Source: Anaerolineae bacterium (GTDB taxonomy: Bacteria; Chloroflexota; Anaerolineae; JAADDB01). Taken from it: a stretch of 44,565 bases of DNA. Every line of letters starts with the position of its first letter. Within the stretch, counting starts at the first letter, position 1. The notes below the pieces were generated by a model that had not been told where the DNA came from, did no database searches, and saw only the letters and a list, made by a program, of their open reading frames with translations. The position numbers were made by a program, and so were the translations under genes. The DNA is taken from the NCBI GenBank assembly GCA_015486895.1, contig WFQT01000412.1:1-44565 (forward strand). Reading direction: 5' to 3'. This document shows positions 43,725 to 44,565 of this stretch, piece by piece.

Positions 43725-44428
43725 CCACCATTAGTGGGATAATATATCACCCGTTCCCATTCAATGGCAGCCTGTTCAACCGCCTCCCGCAGGAATGCTT
43801 CATCGGCTTCCGAGAACACATTCCGCCAATCTCCTATGATCCCTTTGCGCGGCAAAATAGATGGCGCGTCATTCAAACCTATTGGCCGGGTTCGTAACCT
43901 CAACCGCAATCCGAGAAAACTTGCCACCTCCTTCAAGACGGGCTTGTATTCCTTATACAATTCCTCGTAGCGCACCACTAACACATTGGGATCAGAGTCG
44001 GCTGCCTTTAGCCAGCCGCTGACATGAGAAGCCCACCGCTCCGCCACATTCGAAAAATCGCCATGTAATGAATAGCTATACTTCAGGAAAGGTGATACAG
44101 GCCTCCGGAGGAATTCCGAAAAGGACTTGCAGCGGTGATCTGGCACTTGAGAATTGTATTTATAATATTCGTCTCTATTCAGGTAGTGGAACCAAGAAGT
44201 CATGGTGTCTCTTGGGTCACGAAGCACATAAATCACTTTGGCCTTTCTATATCTGGCCTCAAACAAATCCCGATCACAGTGGCTCTTGATCACTGCCGCC
44301 TGTCTATCCGCTAAATCCCATGCGCTATTAAAAGCATCAATGTGTGCAAACCTGTTAGTAGGATCATCATAAGGGCCGAACCATTCGCCAATATTATGCC
44401 AACCTTGTCTAATATCTTTGGCTACAAG
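43721..44428 (-). CDS. Sulfotransferase-domain protein; the 5' part is probably frame-shifted and runs to the window edge
   Basis: 3'-PB-like VIYVLRDPRDTMTSWFHY. The frame stays open upstream of the track start to a TAA at 44429-44431. A different frame is open from 44432 almost to the window end (..GFSTFLVPMVFSFILQLYAEPALKQMRWPEFDKTLDP). Confidence 0.55.
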   Translation of the reverse strand, partial: LVAKDIRQGWHNIGEWFGPYDDPTNRFAHIDAFNSAWDLADRQAAVIKSHCDRDLFEARYRKAKVIYVLRDPRDTMTSWFHYLNRDEYYKYNSQVPDHRCKSFSEFLRRPVSPFLKYSYSLHGDFSNVAERWASHVSGWLKAADSDPNVLVVRYEELYKEYKPVLKEVASFLGLRLRLRTRPIGLNDAPSILPRKGIIGDWRNVFSEADEAFLREAVEQAAIEWERVIYYPTNGG

Positions 44429-44565
44429 TTAAGGGATCAAGCGTCTTGTCAAATTCAGGCCAGCGCATTTGTTTCAGTGCTGGTTCGGCGTACAATTGAA
44501 GTATGAATGAGAAAACCATTGGGACCAAAAAAGTGGAGAAACCGAGCTCTGTACGTCACACACGC

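Noticed and set aside
1-44565. tRNA, rRNA, transposase/integrase genes, integron attC sites
   Set aside because: Scanning both strands by eye showed no cloverleaf-like or rRNA-like segment and no ORF with DDE, tyrosine-recombinase or serine-recombinase motifs. The scan was made without tools, so small RNAs could have been missed.

Overview
All confidently called genes lie on the minus strand. From about 6.8 kb to the right edge the window is one tightly packed surface-glycan biosynthesis super-operon, with many ATGA, GTGA or TGATG start/stop overlaps. Read in transcription order (high to low coordinates), it contains the following modules. (1) A sulfotransferase, a GT9 heptosyltransferase and an ADP-heptose pathway with unusual domain fusions. 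(2) Gene remnants and an AT-rich asparagine-synthetase-like gene. (3) A nonulosonic/ulosonic-acid block with two NeuB-type synthases, two CMP-transferases, NeuC, three Gfo/Idh/MocA oxidoreductases, an SDR, a HAD-SIS fusion and a frameshifted FkbM methyltransferase. (4) Two large GT-B proteins, a GT-C-like membrane protein, an epimerase, GT4s, a Wzy/O-antigen-ligase-like protein and AsnB. (5) A methyltransferase, an ExoA-like GT2 and the initiating polyprenyl-phosphate glycosyl-phosphotransferase. The operon ends with a geranylgeranyl-reductase-family flavoprotein and a clear intrinsic terminator. The left 5.3 kb is accessory. It carries a partial UPF0175 gene, an AbiEi/AbiEii module with an amber codon in the toxin, a retropepsin-like protease paired with a DUF5678-like gene, a CapD remnant and islands of short tandem word repeats. 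Three recurring themes stand out. Truncated 5' gene copies sit directly upstream of intact paralogues. Repeats of 7-8 nt are embedded in coding sequence. A G10 tract splits the FkbM gene. No rRNA, tRNA, CRISPR array or transposase was recognised. All family calls rest on motif recognition by eye, not on database searches. The taxon is not determined.
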